64,000 nt of DNA from Octopus sinensis (GCF_006345805.1 NC_043007.1:46252001-46316000); one strand, 5' to 3'; positions 25,345-37,879 are shown, counted from the first letter of the stretch. Numbers and translations: made by a program. The notes: generated by a model from the letters alone, not told the origin.

Positions 25345-25460
25345 ATGCATATATGTATTTGCCATTTTATCTCCTTGTTTCTTTCTGTGGAAGTGCGTAG
25401 GCTCGAAACGTTAAAAACTCTTTCGATTCCAGAGCGTTATACTGATACATCCCTGTATAT
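25345..25460 (+). mobile_element. Penelope-like terminal relic with hammerhead-like motif
   Basis: ttctttCTGTGGA-a-gtgcgtaggctc-GAAAC-GTT-aaaaac (25379-25418) has the same layout as the 9271-9316 motif. Confidence 0.45.
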
Positions 25461-25500
25461 ATACTTACATACATACATACATACATATATATATATATGT

Positions 25501-25541
<41 letters not shown>

Positions 25542-25619
25542 CGTGTGTGTGTGTGTATGTGTTAATTATATAAAAGTTTGAAGGGTGCAGTAGTATGTAT
25601 TCATCACTGCCGATCTTAC

Positions 25620-25800
25620 CAATCAATTTTGCTCTACAGGATTGATATTTTTTCCGTCTAAATGATTTTGAAAACTACGGAATAAAATATAATCAGATAG
25701 GGCAAAGTCCAGCGAATATGGTGGGTGGGGCATTTTCCTAGCGTACTCGTAGTATCGATCGCAGCAGCTGATGTACTTGCACGTACAAATGCACGTTCCC
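25620..25800 (-). mobile_element. mariner transposase C-terminal relic
   Basis: KMPHPPYSLDFALSDYILFRSFQNHLDGK matches the mariner PHPPYSPDLAPSDY.LF motif around the third catalytic Asp. Confidence 0.85.
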
Positions 25801-26334
25801 ACGGCTTTATCGATCGCATTCTCACCTGGAATCAATTATTGTAATGTTTTCAAGACTTATAACACGCTCTGATACCGTTGGTATCTACATATCAAATTTG
25901 AGCGCAATCGGATTGAGGATGCCGCGATCCTGATTCAAACTGCTCCAGCTGTATCCTAGCTGTATGTGGCCGATTTTTATCCGGAGAGAACACTTGTCGT
26001 ATTGAAACCAAAGATGGTCGTTTTTCTTTTAGCGCTTACTTAAGCTACACAAGCTGCTCGCAGTAGATCTCCTTTGTTATCATTAGATTTGGGTATAAAA
26101 TTTGAAAGTGAAATAAACCACCAAACGGATAACAACACCTACTGTGAATGATGAGATTCTATAAAATGAGATGCCGGGTTTCTTCTTTCCCTGCCCACCC
26201 TCATCGGCGCTTGACATTTTTAGAGAGCTCATTTCTCATCAGCAGGCACTATTCGGTTCAAAAAGTTTCATTCGTGAGACGTGAAAAGAAAGAAGAAAAC
26301 ACATTCACTCTCTGCGAGCGATTAGGCACGATAA

Positions 26335-26817
26335 GTTTGTGAGGAAACCATTGACCCTATTCGCTGATTTTTCCGATGGCACGCAAGTGTCAATGAATTA
26401 ATCCAAGCTTCTCTGCTAGTTACTCAACAGTTACTGTGGGATTTTGTTACACCAGGGTTTGCTCCACAGATATTCCAGAACGAGGCTTGTCTTCTACGCT
26501 GTTTATTCCGGCTCGGAATTTCTGAAACCGATGTTGACCCTAGCTTACGCTAATTTCTCATCCCGATATACTGCATTAATATTCCTCACACCATCCATTA
26601 TGTTGTTGCCTTAAATGAGCTCATAAAGTAAAATGTCCTGAATATGTTCTGTTGTTGCTCTCATTAGAGCTTTAGGAAAATAACTGTTAAAATCGAACTG
26701 CACTCTTCGAAACTTGCACTAAGAATAAGGGCAAGGTATAATTATTACCTGCCTCTATGCAGATAGTTTATCCCGTCATCGTCCTAATTCTGAAAAAAGA
26801 AACGCATTATTCATAGT
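26335..26817 (-). mobile_element. mariner transposase N-terminal relic (pseudogenised)
   Basis: From ATG at 26664 on the minus strand: MRATTEHIQDILLYELI*GNN...RNINAVY..., QHRFQKFRAGINSVEDKPRSG, QNPTVTVE*LAEKLG...HLRAIGKISE*GQWFPH. These are the mariner HTH regions and the WVPHEL-like motif, with stops. Confidence 0.88.
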
Positions 26818-26850
26818 ATGAACCAATCTATCTATCTATCTATCTATCTA

Positions 26851-26885
<35 letters not shown>

Positions 26886-26889
26886 ATAT

Positions 26890-26962
<73 letters not shown>

Positions 26963-27019
26963 CTACGTGTGGGTGTGTATGTATGTATGTATGTATGTAT
27001 GTATGTATGTATGTATGTA

Positions 27020-27480
27020 TACGTGGGCCTACCCTAAAGTTTTCAGAAAGCTTTCATCGTTATCAATAAAGTCAAGCAAGTCTTGGTTAGCTGAAAGCAG
27101 TTTTGGCACAAACTTGGCAGACACGCGTCTCATAACCAAATAATCAGTGATAATGGAATGAGCTGAACCATAAGTAATCTGCACATCGTCTGGGACTCAT
27201 GGATGGCTATTCGATGATTTCCCTCACAGCTGCAAGCAAATCTGCGATGTTTTTCTCAGGTTTGTTGGTTGCAGTCTCCCTGAGGTTCGTCAATATCAAC
27301 ATTTTGTCGGTCATACTGGGAATGTCTGAACAACTCCTACATTTACGTGCAGCTCACACACTCCTCTCCATATACTTTCTGCAACTTTGTATAGGCCTCT
27401 GGGTAGGTATTGCCATGACAGCTTTCGCTGTCAAGGTCAATGCGACGATCACGCACTAGACACCTTATTTCGAAGCAGGG
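27020..27480 (-). mobile_element. Second mariner-family transposase relic (N-terminal half, deleted)
   Basis: Minus translation LQKVYGEECVS... and GSAHSIITDYLVMRRVSAKFVPKLLS...DNDESFLK, ending just before the expected GDETW motif. Confidence 0.82.
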
Positions 27481-27733
27481 CTGTAAGCAGCGGAATTGAT
27501 CTAGATTGTTAAAACTTCGTGCTTATGCACAGCAGAATTCTGGGTCGACGTTTGCCAAGCTTCCTGTGGTTGATTATTGCATTAGGTTACGGATGCAGTT
27601 CTATATTAACTTCAAGAACACACTCAGGATAGATTTCTTGTGTCTTCTATTATATGGCAGTTTCACTTTAATCTAGTTGCTACATTTAATTTTTTGATGT
27701 ATTATATCTAGTTGCTTCGTTTATATTTTTTGA

Positions 27734-28155
27734 TGGTGCAGGCGTGGCTGTGTGGTATGAAGCTTGCTTACCATCCACATGGCTCTGGGTTCAGTCTCAC
27801 TGTGTGGCACCTTGGGCAAGTATCTCCTAGTATAGCTTCGGACCGACCAAAGCCTTGTGAGTGGATTTGGTAGACGGAAACTGAAGAAGCCCATCGTATA
27901 TATATATATATATGTATTTGTGTGTGTATGTGTCTTTGCGTCTGTGTTTGTTTCCCTATCATTACTTGACAACCGATGTTGGTGAGCTTACGTCTTAGGG
28001 GTTCGGCAAATGAGAAAATAAAATAATTACTAGGCTTACAAGTAATAAGTACTTGCGTCGATTTCGTCGACTAAATTCCTTTAACGCGATGCTCCAGTAC
28101 AACTGCAATCAAATGATTGAATCAATTAAAAAAGAGTAAATAATGAAAAGAATAT
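27734..28155 (+). mobile_element. SINE family 1, full length
   Basis: Colinear with the reverse complement of 24823-25229, including the internal microsatellite. Confidence 0.9.
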
Positions 28156-30823
28156 AATACAATTCATTTGACAGTTGATGTGTATAATCGTTAGAATATC
28201 GGTCTTTAAGTATTTACATTCAGCTTTTCACTTTCTGACAGGAAAAAAACACTGAGATCATCATTGCATTTCATCACTGAAATGGCAACGTCTTAAGTAG
28301 GAGAATATTTCTAAGACCTCCACAGAAACTTAAGCAAACACTGGCCGCATGAGAGCATTCAGGTGACATTTAGCATAAATTTCAAAACTATTATAAAGAA
28401 TTGATTAGGTATATTAATAAGAGCTACAACTGTGAATGTTCGCACAATAATGTGATTTAATGATTCTTTTAGATTGTAAAAAGTATTGAGGAAATATCTT
28501 GTATTTAGCAGAAATGATTATTGATATATCAGTAACGGTGTATTGATTTAATTATAGTCTTCATTCGAATTATTGTTAATTATGTAATTTGGAAGATAAC
28601 AGCAGTAAATCTCGAGTTTAATAGCAGTGTATAAAAAGATGCTAACTAGGTAAAATTTATTTCATATAAGCCTTCATATATATTTGAGGAAATGCTATTC
28701 GATAAACTTTCAACACACCATTAAAATTCTTTCCTGTAGATTATGCCGTAGAAACTCGTTAACTCAATGAATATAATTATTTTGAAATTTTAACACCTGT
28801 ATATATGTTATCGCATTGAATTATATAATATCTGTAAATAGTTTGTTTTGAAAATACAAATACATTAATGCGCTTTAAATTCAATAAAACCATACAAATT
28901 GTTTGAAGTGGTTTTTATGTTTAAATATTTAAAAATTATTGTCTTTTTTATTGCAGCAGATATGAATATACATAACGTCATTTGTTTCAGATCGAAAACA
29001 TAATTAATCCAGTATAACTTAGCAGAAGAATTTTGCATGTAAACTAACAATTGCGCAACAAATAAGTGTCTTACGAAATGCTTCTTATGAAAATGAACTG
29101 TAAGTCCGCATCTATAGAGATGCACTAAAAAAGATAAGTACATATTTATTGTTGAAGAGTAGAGTATTGAAGTACTTCGTAATAATTGAATTTTAGAAAG
29201 ACAAAATAATGTATAAACGCATTACATATGCTAACGCAGTTATGTAATCGTTTTAACGCAAAAGTATAATAAAGAAATTACGTCATACTTCCTTGTTAAT
29301 GCAAAATGTAAATTAAGTTATCATTTTTCGATAGCATAGTTACAAAATAACGATTTTATAAACAATTGTATTAATCGATGCAGGATTTGGCGAGAAAAAA
29401 CATAATCAAAGTTTCTAATATGCACGTCCATTGTGTACCCGTAATACTAGCCAAGTTAGATAAGCAGTGAATCAATGGAAAGAAACTAATATCACAACTA
29501 CAATGAAATAATGGTTCATTTCGAGTAACGTTATTAAATTATTCAAGTCAATGATGTTTTGTCACTATCAACAAGTATACCGTGCAATTTTACGTTCCGG
29601 AATTATCTTTAGAAAGCCGATAATAGCTCCTTAATTATGGCAGTAGAAATAATGTGCTCTGAAACGAGTCGTAATATTACGAAAGAAAATATGTAAATGC
29701 ACATCAATAAATCGTTAAAACACAATGTTTGTATCATTTAAGGGATATATATTGCCGTCGATAAAATATATATAATATAGGGTGATGTTACTTTTCAGAG
29801 TAAATCTTTTACAATGCTTTTTAAAGAAAATGTCTTAAGTGCCATTTTAAAATTAATATTAAATCCGCCTATTTCCTATAAATAAGTATAATGTAACGTA
29901 ATGTTTTTGAATTTTAAAGTTTTACTTTGATTACTAGTAAATGCTAAATGTTAGAGAAATATTATCACTTATATTAAAATGAGGTAGTTTTTGTGAAGCA
30001 TTGTCAGGTATAACTTTATCGAATGTAGTTGTGTAAACCCGAAACAATGCGAAAGGGTACAATGTAAGCTTCAAAATAAAAAGAAAACAGAAGTTGCAGT
30101 TTTACCTTGTATTTCTATATTTAGGGTGAAAACACCCTTATTCAGGACATTTTTTCCACCCACCATTTCCCTGAATGTCCTGAAGAAATAATGTATAAAT
30201 GCATTACATGCTAGGGCAGTTATGTAATAATTTCAGTATGTAATAATTCTGTAATAATTTCACCCGAAATAGAGAAAGACAATGTAAATCTGCATCTTTC
30301 TTTTTCTTTTTTTTTAACTTTCTAGCTACCTTTGTACCTTCTCGAATTGTTCCAGCTTTACACAATTATATACTTTAAATTACCCCTCACATATAGACCT
30401 GTTTGAATCAACATCTTCTGAAATGCTTGCAAAACACCTACTAAAGGGATGAGATTCACGGTAATATATATATATATATGTGGCAAAGACATTCATTTTC
30501 TGCGTTTTAAGTATTTATTATACATTAATAAATAATGACATTAGAATTAAAACATTACTTCAGTACATGAAGAGGTATTAGCGAAACGATTTAGATGATT
30601 TATTTAACATGGTTGAAAGCGCTTTAAGCATGGTACCAGTACTTCCATTCGTTATGTTATAACCCGCAACCAAACAAAAGAAGCTGAACTTGCAATTTAT
30701 GCAAATATCATGATGCAAGAAAAGCATTGTTCACTTCAGTACATTCGTTTAAGTGGTATTTACAGAAGTACTGACTGAAATAAGCACCTAGATTCCGTAA
30801 TCACCCTTATTTGGCACATACGT

Positions 30824-30863
<40 letters not shown>

Positions 30864-30872
30864 TATATATAT

Positions 30873-31250
30873 CGTGAAGTAAATTTGCCACTTAAATGTG
30901 GCTAAACCTTAAGGGTGGAACCTACTTTAGCTTGTAAACCCCAAGAAGACACCGCCTCCATCTGGCTATTGACACACTTTCGTGCCCTATCATTATTTGC
31001 ATTGGGAACCACTTCACATTGACAGCCGATGATTGTCACATGTTGATGATGGGTTAATACCCAGAAACTCGAGTCCATGTGTATCACATCGGGTTGGAGA
31101 TGGGAAGGGTGGCTTCCCTTTGCAAATACTGACAGGACACAAAAAGTGTGTCAATAGCCAGCTGGAGGAGGTGTCTTCCTGGGGATACCAGCTACAGTAG
31201 CATCCACCCTTAGGGGATTAGCCACATTTAAGTGGCACACATACTTCACG
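30873..31250. mobile_element. MITE-like element with about 140-bp imperfect terminal inverted repeats
   Basis: 30873-31012 versus the reverse complement of 31109-31250 share cgtgaagta, tgccacttaaatgtggctaa, taagggtgga, aagacacc, ctggctattgacacacttt. Spacer about 96 bp. Confidence 0.88.
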
Positions 31251-31399
31251 GTGTCGTGCAGCTACTGTTTATACCTCGCTCAGAGATTTATTATATATAT
31301 ATTACTTGCTCTCAGGCGTTAGACACTCACACACATAACATGTGTATGTATGCATATATGTGTGTGTCTCTCTCCCCTCTTTCTCTTTCTCTTTCTCTC

Positions 31400-31463
<64 letters not shown>

Positions 31464-31719
31464 TGTATGTATATATGTATGTATGTATGCAAAAGTAAGA
31501 GCCAAGGATCCAGGTGTAGGAAATTGGTAAGCTTCGAGCAGTCCGGAGAAGTTATAATCAACAACTTTCAGGAACGACAGTGGCTTATTGGGCGTAGAAA
31601 GTTGTAGATTTTCCCTATCGAAGTACGATAAGATGAAAAACGTTACTTTATGGTTCAGGGTTAGCATCTGGGATTGCTATGTATGCCAATATAAATTTAT
31701 AACAAGCAACATTTTAACT

Positions 31720-32480
31720 ACCTTTATATTTTTTTATATTTCGTATTTTCTCTTATCCTCGTGATATACCTTATCTCTATACCCGTCTCCTGCATATGAC
31801 AATATGCGGGCGCCTACGCGCGCGTGCACAGACTCAAGATAATATGGACGCACGGAAAGAGTACGCACATACACGCTAAGATGCATTTACATAGTTTTAC
31901 TGTTAAGTGATAAACTACCAACTTAACTACAAGTACTCGATTCACTTATTGACCAGAAACAATATCTCCCACCCCTCTATTTGACCCTCTCTCTCTTAAC
32001 AAATACCTACTTAGTACCATTCCTAAATTTTCTGTCTCTTCCCCCTCCTGAATTTCGTCTCTATTTTAAATGTATATACAGGATGCCTCAATAACTCTCT
32101 TTGTTTATTTACAGTTGACATAGTAAATGATTCCAGCCTATATTAACAAGAACCTTCCACTAGCCAGCTTCAATCAGAGCACATTTTTCCCCTTACTCTT
32201 CCCTTCCCCTTCTCTTCATGATAATTCTTTTAATTAACAAATTTAGACATTTTCTCACTCACATATATTATTTCTTCGTACCTAAGCTTTTCTTGTTTTC
32301 TATAACTACTTGCTTTCCAATTATTTTCGATTAATTCTCTTACAAGTTAATTTGGGATCCCTTGAAGATAATGTGACCTTCATTTAACAAAGGTATTTTC
32401 GGCCTGATGAGTAGCTAGTGGAGAACTACAAGTTCGGTAATTACTAATTCCAAGGTTGTGCTAACTAGGAAACCTATGTA
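31720..32480 (+). mobile_element. Possible Penelope-like terminal region with half-intact hammerhead core
   Basis: Pyrimidine-rich segment ending in CTGATGA-gtag...ctac (32404-32429), with GAAA degenerate. Confidence 0.3.
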
Positions 32481-32517
32481 GCCAGAATTTGGCGAGCTTC
32501 GTTCCCTAAATGTGGAT

Positions 32518-32603
<86 letters not shown>

Positions 32604-32789
32604 AAAATATAATGTGTTTTGATTGGTACAACAATGCACTATAGTAACAACAATGGACTATATTAACTGTTATATTATATGTCTAGTTTGATATAATATT
32701 TCGGAATACAAAAATTCCTTCATCAAATATCCCTAGGAATTGATAGAGTCACTGCTATAATCGGTTTTCCAACGTTTTTTCGGAAAATG

Positions 32790-33027
32790 GCAAAGACAGA
32801 TACACAAATACATACACAAACCTACATACAGACACACACATATGTATATACATATATACATATACGACAGGCGTCTTTCAGTTTCCGTCTACCAAATTCA
32901 CGCACAAGGCTCAGGTCATCCAGAGTCTAATCCAGAAAACACTTGCCAGATAGTCCATGCAGTGGGACTGAACCTAGAACCATGGGGTAGGGAGGGAATC
33001 TTCTAACCACCCAGCCACTCCTGCACT
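32790..33027 (-). mobile_element. SINE family 1, 5-prime half
   Basis: tttcagtttccgtctaccaaattcacgcacaaggc...cagtgggactgaacctagaaccatgg...cagccactcctgcact. Confidence 0.8.
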
Positions 33028-33682
33028 AGTTTGAACGAAAGTATTTTGATATTAATGATACCAATCGAGTGTCGAAATCTTACATTCGTGTATATACGGT
33101 ATACAAACACATCCATATATACACACATATATATAGACATATCCATACACTTACGCATACGTGTACATGCACACACAAATATACACATACGTATAAATAT
33201 ACATGTACATTAAATCTTATACCGGCATACAGTTTAACGATCCAATGCAAGCTCCAGATCCAACATAGGAAATGTCTCAGTTATGGTGTTTATATAGAAT
33301 AAGTATACAAATGGGTTAAATGATTGACCCACTCATCTCGACATCATCTCTTCATAGATGCCGAATTGAGATGGCCAATACACATTTCACAACGAGATTT
33401 ATTTGTCTCTGAACCAAATTTTAAATTTTAAATTCTGCAAAGAAAACACACGAGAATATTTATTAATCACTACGATCGTTCGCCACCAATCGTGCATTAG
33501 TCCTTCGTGGGTGAGATGCTATACTAAGTCGTTGTGGTCCATCATTTGTACAAATGTGTCCATTCAGGTGACTTGTCAAAAGGTACCTCGTGTTTTAACC
33601 TCTGTTTCGGTTATTCGATTCGAATATATTTCGGTATACATAAATACACGGTAAAATGAAGTACGCTATAAGTATATAGTTA

Positions 33683-35727
33683 TCTACACGTATATAAACG
33701 CAAGTTGTCTGTTTGGATGTCTGTGTCTAGGTGCCATCTACACCCATTAACGAATTTTCGTGAACCTTTGCAAACATGTTAAAGTAACATCGAGTTTGTT
33801 TCAATGTTTCTGGGATCATTGAAATTTAATGAAACTATAGAACTGGAAGGCTACGACCCCTAGAATGGGTCTACGTCCATATATTTTCCTTTAACAGCCA
33901 AGGAAAATAACTAACCCATTCATTTTCGTAGCCAAGAAATAACCCGTCCATTTTCTTAGCCAAGGGAAATAACCCATTCATTTTCCTTTGATCACCCCAA
34001 GCATTACCAAGCTCAAAGTTAATGGTCAAGTGATGGAAATTGACAAAACGTGGATTGTGTTCTACAACCCGTTACCGTCTAAAACATTGCAAGCCCATGT
34101 TAATGTTGCGCCGTGCAACTCTAAAGAGTATTAAATATGCATGTAAATACCTCAATAAGGGCTCAGATATGGCGGTTTGGGAATTTGAACAGGAGGTTAT
34201 GCAGGCAGATAAAATTCACCATTATAATTTGTGAACGTATATTTCCTCTAACGAGGCAATGTGCCACATTCTGGGCTTCGAAATTCACAAGCGACATCCA
34301 GCAGTGGTGAATCCACCTATACATCTCGAAAATGGCCAGCGTGAATATTTCACAGACGACTATGCTCGAAACCTAGTTCTGAATCGACCAGAAACCGCTT
34401 TGACAGTTTTCTTCAAATTATCCAATGTGATCTGTTTAACCAAACATTGTTGTACGTTGAGATTCCTGTATACTCTACCTGGGAACAAAACAGATGGAAC
34501 AGGCACAAGCAAGGGGCACGCGTTGAGGGCTGGGAAGAACCGTTGGGCAGTCATCAGGTGGATGGACACAGTGAAACCTAATCAGTAGGAGTGCTTCTTT
34601 CTGCGTCTACTGCTGCACACTCTCAGACATTTGAAGTCACAACGAGTGCACGACTTACAGAGAAACCTGCATCAAATTCGGACTACTGAAGGATGATGCT
34701 CACTGTAACCGGACACAGGTGGAAGCATCAGTCAGTAGCGCACCAACTCAAGTGCGTCAGCTATTTTCTATCATGTTGATGACATTTGGCTAAGGTGAAC
34801 CCCTCAAGTTTTGGGTCACCCACAAAACAAGCATGGCAGAGGACATCCTACAAAAGGATTCAAAGGCAAGCCTTAGCGAAAATTGCCACTCCAATAACGC
34901 CATTTGTAATGAGGCACTCTTTGACCTGGACACCCGAATGCAAGCTACGGGAGGTCAAGGCATTGCCACATTTGGTCTGCTTCAACCAGAAAAGGCAGTG
35001 AACAATCTCGAAATTGAGTACCTGCGAAAAATCAGCCCTGCAAGGAAAGACCAAAGAGTTCGCTTATCAAGAAGTTCTGCAAACTTAATAAGATTGACCA
35101 GATCATCAGGTATTTATTATTTAATTGTAATATTTATAAGTGTTGTAAATGAATTGATAATCTACATGTTATTTTATTTTAAAACTATATGCAAATTTAT
35201 TTGTACGTCTACAAAATGTAAAAATAAATGTCAGTCTGTTTCTACATTCATTGTAGATCTATTTCAACACTCGCACCCCTAAGGATAATATTCTCCTGGA
35301 ACGCACAAAAGCCCTTAACAGAGTTATTTACTTTGAATTGTTATTATCTCATAACAGATTAACCTGTTATTACGTAATACGCTTCAAGATTTTCGTATAC
35401 ATACATTATTGGTATTTTCTCTTAAGTTCTATATACCCTGGAACGCATTAAAGCCCTTTTCGTGGCTACTTATTTGAATTCATTCTATCGGGTAACTAAT
35501 TTCCTGTTATTACCTAACCGACCTCACGACTTGGGTGTTCATAATTTAATGGGATTTCCTAAAACAAGATCCTATGTAAGACCGTTTGGTATTTTCTGTA
35601 AATGCACAACAACCGCTTTATGGTCTACGTACTTTGTATTGTTGTTATTGGATTACCAAAATAATTATGAGAACAGAACCAAGGGATGAGCCCCGCTTTT
35701 CCGGGAATTACGGGGTACGTCAGTTAG
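33683..35727 (+). mobile_element. Internally deleted Helitron with both termini
   Basis: 5-prime A|TC start (tctacacgtatataaa) and 3-prime ccccg...cgggg hairpin followed by TTAG|T. Internal RepHel remnant at about 34010-35045 and C-terminal codons ending at stop 35086-35088. Confidence 0.8.
34010..35088 (+). pseudogene. Helitron RepHel pseudogene fragment
   Basis: Frameshifted translation IDKTWIVFYNPL..KTLQAHVNV..CNS/SIKYACKYLNKGSD...YISSNEA..ILGFEIH.RHPAV...IHLENGQREYFT...ECFFLRLLL...AEDIL matches the conserved Helitron region downstream of the Rep HUH/Y2 motifs. Terminal TKEFAYQEVLQT* resembles the helicase end (TKN.VY.EVL). Confidence 0.92.
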
Positions 35728-35769
35728 TTACTTATATGGGATTGGTTTTCATTTTAGCTCAAGTTGATC

Positions 35770-36039
35770 TTGTATGCGAGTAACAAAATAGGGAATTTAC
35801 CTTCTCGAGTCATGCAAACACATAAGGTCCGGTTTCCCTATTTCATGGCGTATATATTTCTAATCTGAACGGGACGCCGATCCCTCGCAGGATTACTGAT
35901 TTTTGCCAGTTGGGTGGACTGGAGCAACGTGAAATGAACTATTTTGCTCATGAACACAACGAATCTCCCAGTTCAGGAATCGGAACCACAATCTAACGAT
36001 CACGAGTCTAACGCCCTAACCTCTAAGCCACGCGCCTCA
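35770..36039 (-). mobile_element. SINE with family-3 head and a different tail
   Basis: Reverse strand aggcgcgtggcttagaggttagggcg...ggttccgattcctg...gttgctccagtccac, then sequence unrelated to the other family-3 copies. Confidence 0.75.
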
Positions 36040-36849
36040 ACTTTATGCACTTATCTATAGACAACTATCAACGAGTATTGGTATCGAAAAAGGTAAACAG
36101 AGTTTAAAAAGCGAGGTACCCTATCAAAAATCACTTTCAAAATGCAGCAGTTCAACAAACTTAATAATTCTATATTGGTGCTATTAATGGATCCTTCAAA
36201 CATGATACAAGAAACTCACAAGTATATTTCGCAATATATTGAAAGAGGGCTCAACATTTCTGTCTACGGCTTCTGGGATTTAACATAAAGTAGAACGAAT
36301 GCAAACATATAATGGAAAGTCATAGACTACGCTCCATCTTGTATAAATATTTCTAAAATCTGTTCCTTATACATCACTGATAATTACAACAGAATAAGAC
36401 AAAGCACGTCGAAGGAGGCTATAATATTAAGCTAGATCCATCTTATAGCAATACTCCGAGCGTCGGAAAGAATATGACGAACACAGAAAACACTCACACA
36501 TATACACCCCTTACATACAAACACAAACACACAATCGCTGACAGCACGTTCAAACTAACCCACACATACCCACGTACTATCCTACATTTCAAATAACGTG
36601 TAACCTCCAATAAATTAAACACAATTTTCTTATTTATATGCATATATATCTATATAGACATTTATATATATGCATACAACACCGTTGCATAAATATCTCG
36701 GAGACTACATGCCCTATATTGAATTACACACATCTCTCACTCTGACTGTCTCTCTCTCGCTATATATACGCGCGCGCAAACACTCACACACACATATACA
36801 TATGTATGTATATATGTCTATGTATGTATACAAACACACACACACACAC

Positions 36850-36884
<35 letters not shown>

Positions 36885-37339
36885 GTATGTATGTGTGTGT
36901 GTGTGCGCGCGTGTGTGTGTGCGTGTATACACGTACATAGAGATGTGTGTAATTATAAATATATATCTTAGGGACACTGGAAAATTATGCTGTATTTTCA
37001 TATAATTAACCTGATAATATCATACAAAGAATTTGTAAAAGCTGTCCTTGTAACCGGCTATTCCGCATAGAGTTAATGATTTATGTTAATGTGGACATGG
37101 CTTTTGTGTCTATATGCCGTCTCCAATAGCCAATTCGGCATTGCTTCACAACTTTCTTGAAGTAACAATACAACACATGCGTTGGATAAGATGCGTCGTA
37201 TATTGTCATGATGTAAATGTGACAAATTTAAAAAGGGGAATTCCGATATTTTGGATGATTATCAATCATCAAGTCCAACATGGGAAGTGACTTATCCTCA
37301 AATGAATGGGGACAAAGAGAGAGGCTTAACAATCTCTGG

Positions 37340-37622
37340 CCCACTATGCAGGATAACCTCAATCATAGCGGGGAAAGTGTACTGTCTCGTGATAATACAT
37401 GATAATATATGGGCTTATTTGGCAAAGCTAAACCAATATGAGAGTTATTTTAGATTGGGATGCTCTACGTTACCCACCCTACTTACCAGTCATAGCATAA
37501 TCCCGTTTTCACTTATTCAGGTTACCTGAACATTTTACCAGAGGAAAGACAATCAGAAGCAGAGACGATATTGAAATAGCAATCCAAAATTTTTTTATCA
37601 AAGAACCCTCATTTATTATTAC

Positions 37623-37689
<67 letters not shown>

Positions 37690-37770
37690 GCCTGATGGAC
37701 CAGAATCCTGGTTTCATGGTCGGAAAAATTTATTGGTAAAGGTGGGGATTATGACTTGAATGTTATGACA
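37340..37770 (+). mobile_element. mariner transposase C-terminal relic split by (TTA)n
   Basis: HDNIWAYLAK (HDNA motif), DWDALRYPPYLPVIA*SRFHLFR (YSPDLAPSD region), RGKTIRSRDDIE, then after the microsatellite KGGDY. Confidence 0.75.
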
Positions 37771-37879
37771 CGCGTTATGCTGATTTAAACCCATTAAATG
37801 AAATGCGATCATTAGTATATACAACTGACATACTAAAGACCTTCCTTGAAGAGAGTCATAACTAAAAGCAAGCTAAAAC

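Noticed and set aside
27734-27810. tRNA genes at SINE heads (also 8545, 25150, 35970, 56876)
   Set aside because: A-box-like and B-box-like motifs are present, but there is no complete cloverleaf and each continues into a repeated SINE body.
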